From Mobula hypostoma (lineage: Eukaryota): a stretch of 64,000 nt of DNA. How positions within the stretch are numbered: position 1 is the stretch's first letter; every line of letters starts with the position of its first letter. The stretch lies in contig NC_086097.1 of assembly GCF_963921235.1 (NCBI RefSeq), forward strand, positions 64,606,001-64,670,000. Reading direction: 5' to 3'. The notes below the pieces were generated by a model. That model was not told the origin of the DNA, ran no database searches, and saw only the letters and a program-made list of their open reading frames with translations. Position numbers and translations under genes: made by a program. This document shows positions 62,831 through 64,000 of the stretch, piece after piece.

Positions 62831-64000
62831 GGACTCTTTGAGCTGAGCGGCATCTGTGGGAGAAAAGTCACTGCCGACATTTCAGGCTGAAACCTGAATC
62901 GGGTCCCAAAAGCTGCAGGATTTTAACCCAAACTGTTGACAATTCCTTTCCTGCCATGGATGCTGCTCAACCTCCGGAAGATTGTCTCTCCAGATTGCAG
63001 CATCTGCAGTCGCTTGTGTCTCCTAACGTGCATGGAGATTGTCTCATGCCAGCAGAACCTGAACGTACAGATAGAAATACATGTTAGTGTGCTGCAATTT
63101 GCCTGGATGATGTGGCTGCCAGAGTTGAACAGCTGGGTGTGTATTTCAGCTGTGTGTCTTGAATAGCGGTTTGTGTATGAGGCATCTAAGCAATAGGTAG
63201 AAGGCATAATTGATGCAATTGTTCTTTAGATAGTATTTGGGGTGTATACTTGAAATTAATGTTTCTATTTAGATGTAGGTAGCTGGGAATTGTGAATGTC
63301 TTCAGTAACATTAATCATATGTCTCAAGTAATTAAGCTTTTCTATATACTGGATCCATGTCTTTTAACCAGCTGATCAGGCCTATTACTCAGGGTGACAG
63401 AAGGAAAGAGATCATGTGAACATGGTAGGGGCTGAAATTGAGAGGAAAGGTGGAGTCAGGGGAAAATTAAGGGAAGTGGTGTGCATTCATCATCGTCCTC
63501 ATCCTCCCTTTTCCATTTCATCCTCAACATGATGGTTAGTAGCCCTCTCTACTCCTCTCCATTTCTATAGCAACATCAGAAAGTCAGGGAGTCTGCTCTC
63601 AGTACTGCTCAGAGAGCTTCCAAAACCTGTGGATTGACTTTCAACACTATATCCAAACTTTAAAGAGGAGGAATAGCTTCAGTAAGAGGGAGGTAGCTTC
63701 ATCTAGTAGTAGGCACTCACAAATTTCTACCTCATGGATACTCACTAATGGGAAAAACAGCTTGGATGGAAATGGATGCATGCCACAATTGTGGTAATGA
63801 GTGGTAAGGGAAATTTTATGTGTAACCTGCACCAGGTCGATTTGTTTGGGTTAATCACACATTGTAATTTCCGAACAATGCACTAGCCACTTCCAGCACT
63901 TTTCAGCTCGAGCCAGTTTCTCCCCACTGAATGTTTTGTACCTCCTGCCCTCAATATAGAATTCTTAATCTGCACTCCAAATTCAAAAAACAATTATTTT

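Noticed and set aside
1..64000. CRISPR arrays, rRNA, true tRNA genes, prokaryotic operons
   Set aside because: None seen. The window is vertebrate DNA, and the tRNA-like pieces are SINE heads or primer binding sites.

Overview
Vertebrate, AT-rich, CpG-poor, repeat-dense genomic DNA. The repeat mix (CR1, Rex-Babar, L2, V-SINEs, Penelope and short Penelope-end elements) suggests a cartilaginous fish, probably a ray; this is an inference. No intact host protein gene is evident, and most ORF-track entries are transposon debris or noise. The longest ORF is the gag-pol of a young, 3'-truncated Ty3/Gypsy element (47508-50156, minus). Other elements are a decayed tRNA-Pro-primed ERV (3467-5634) with a related solo LTR split by an L1, an old Gypsy with inverted LTRs, a Tc1, hAT derivatives and Penelope fragments. 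Two hidden patterns stand out. (1) The unique DNA between the repeats repeatedly translates on the minus strand, through stops and frameshifts, into usherin-type fibronectin type III (FN3) motifs from about 62.8 kb down to about 9.2 kb. This suggests a fossil USH2A-like gene spanning the window. (2) About ten short Penelope-derived inserts carry a minimal type I hammerhead ribozyme motif. Several have target-site duplications, and one folds back at the predicted cleavage site. All protein similarities were judged by eye and need HMM/BLAST confirmation; repeat boundaries are approximate unless TSDs or TIRs are given.
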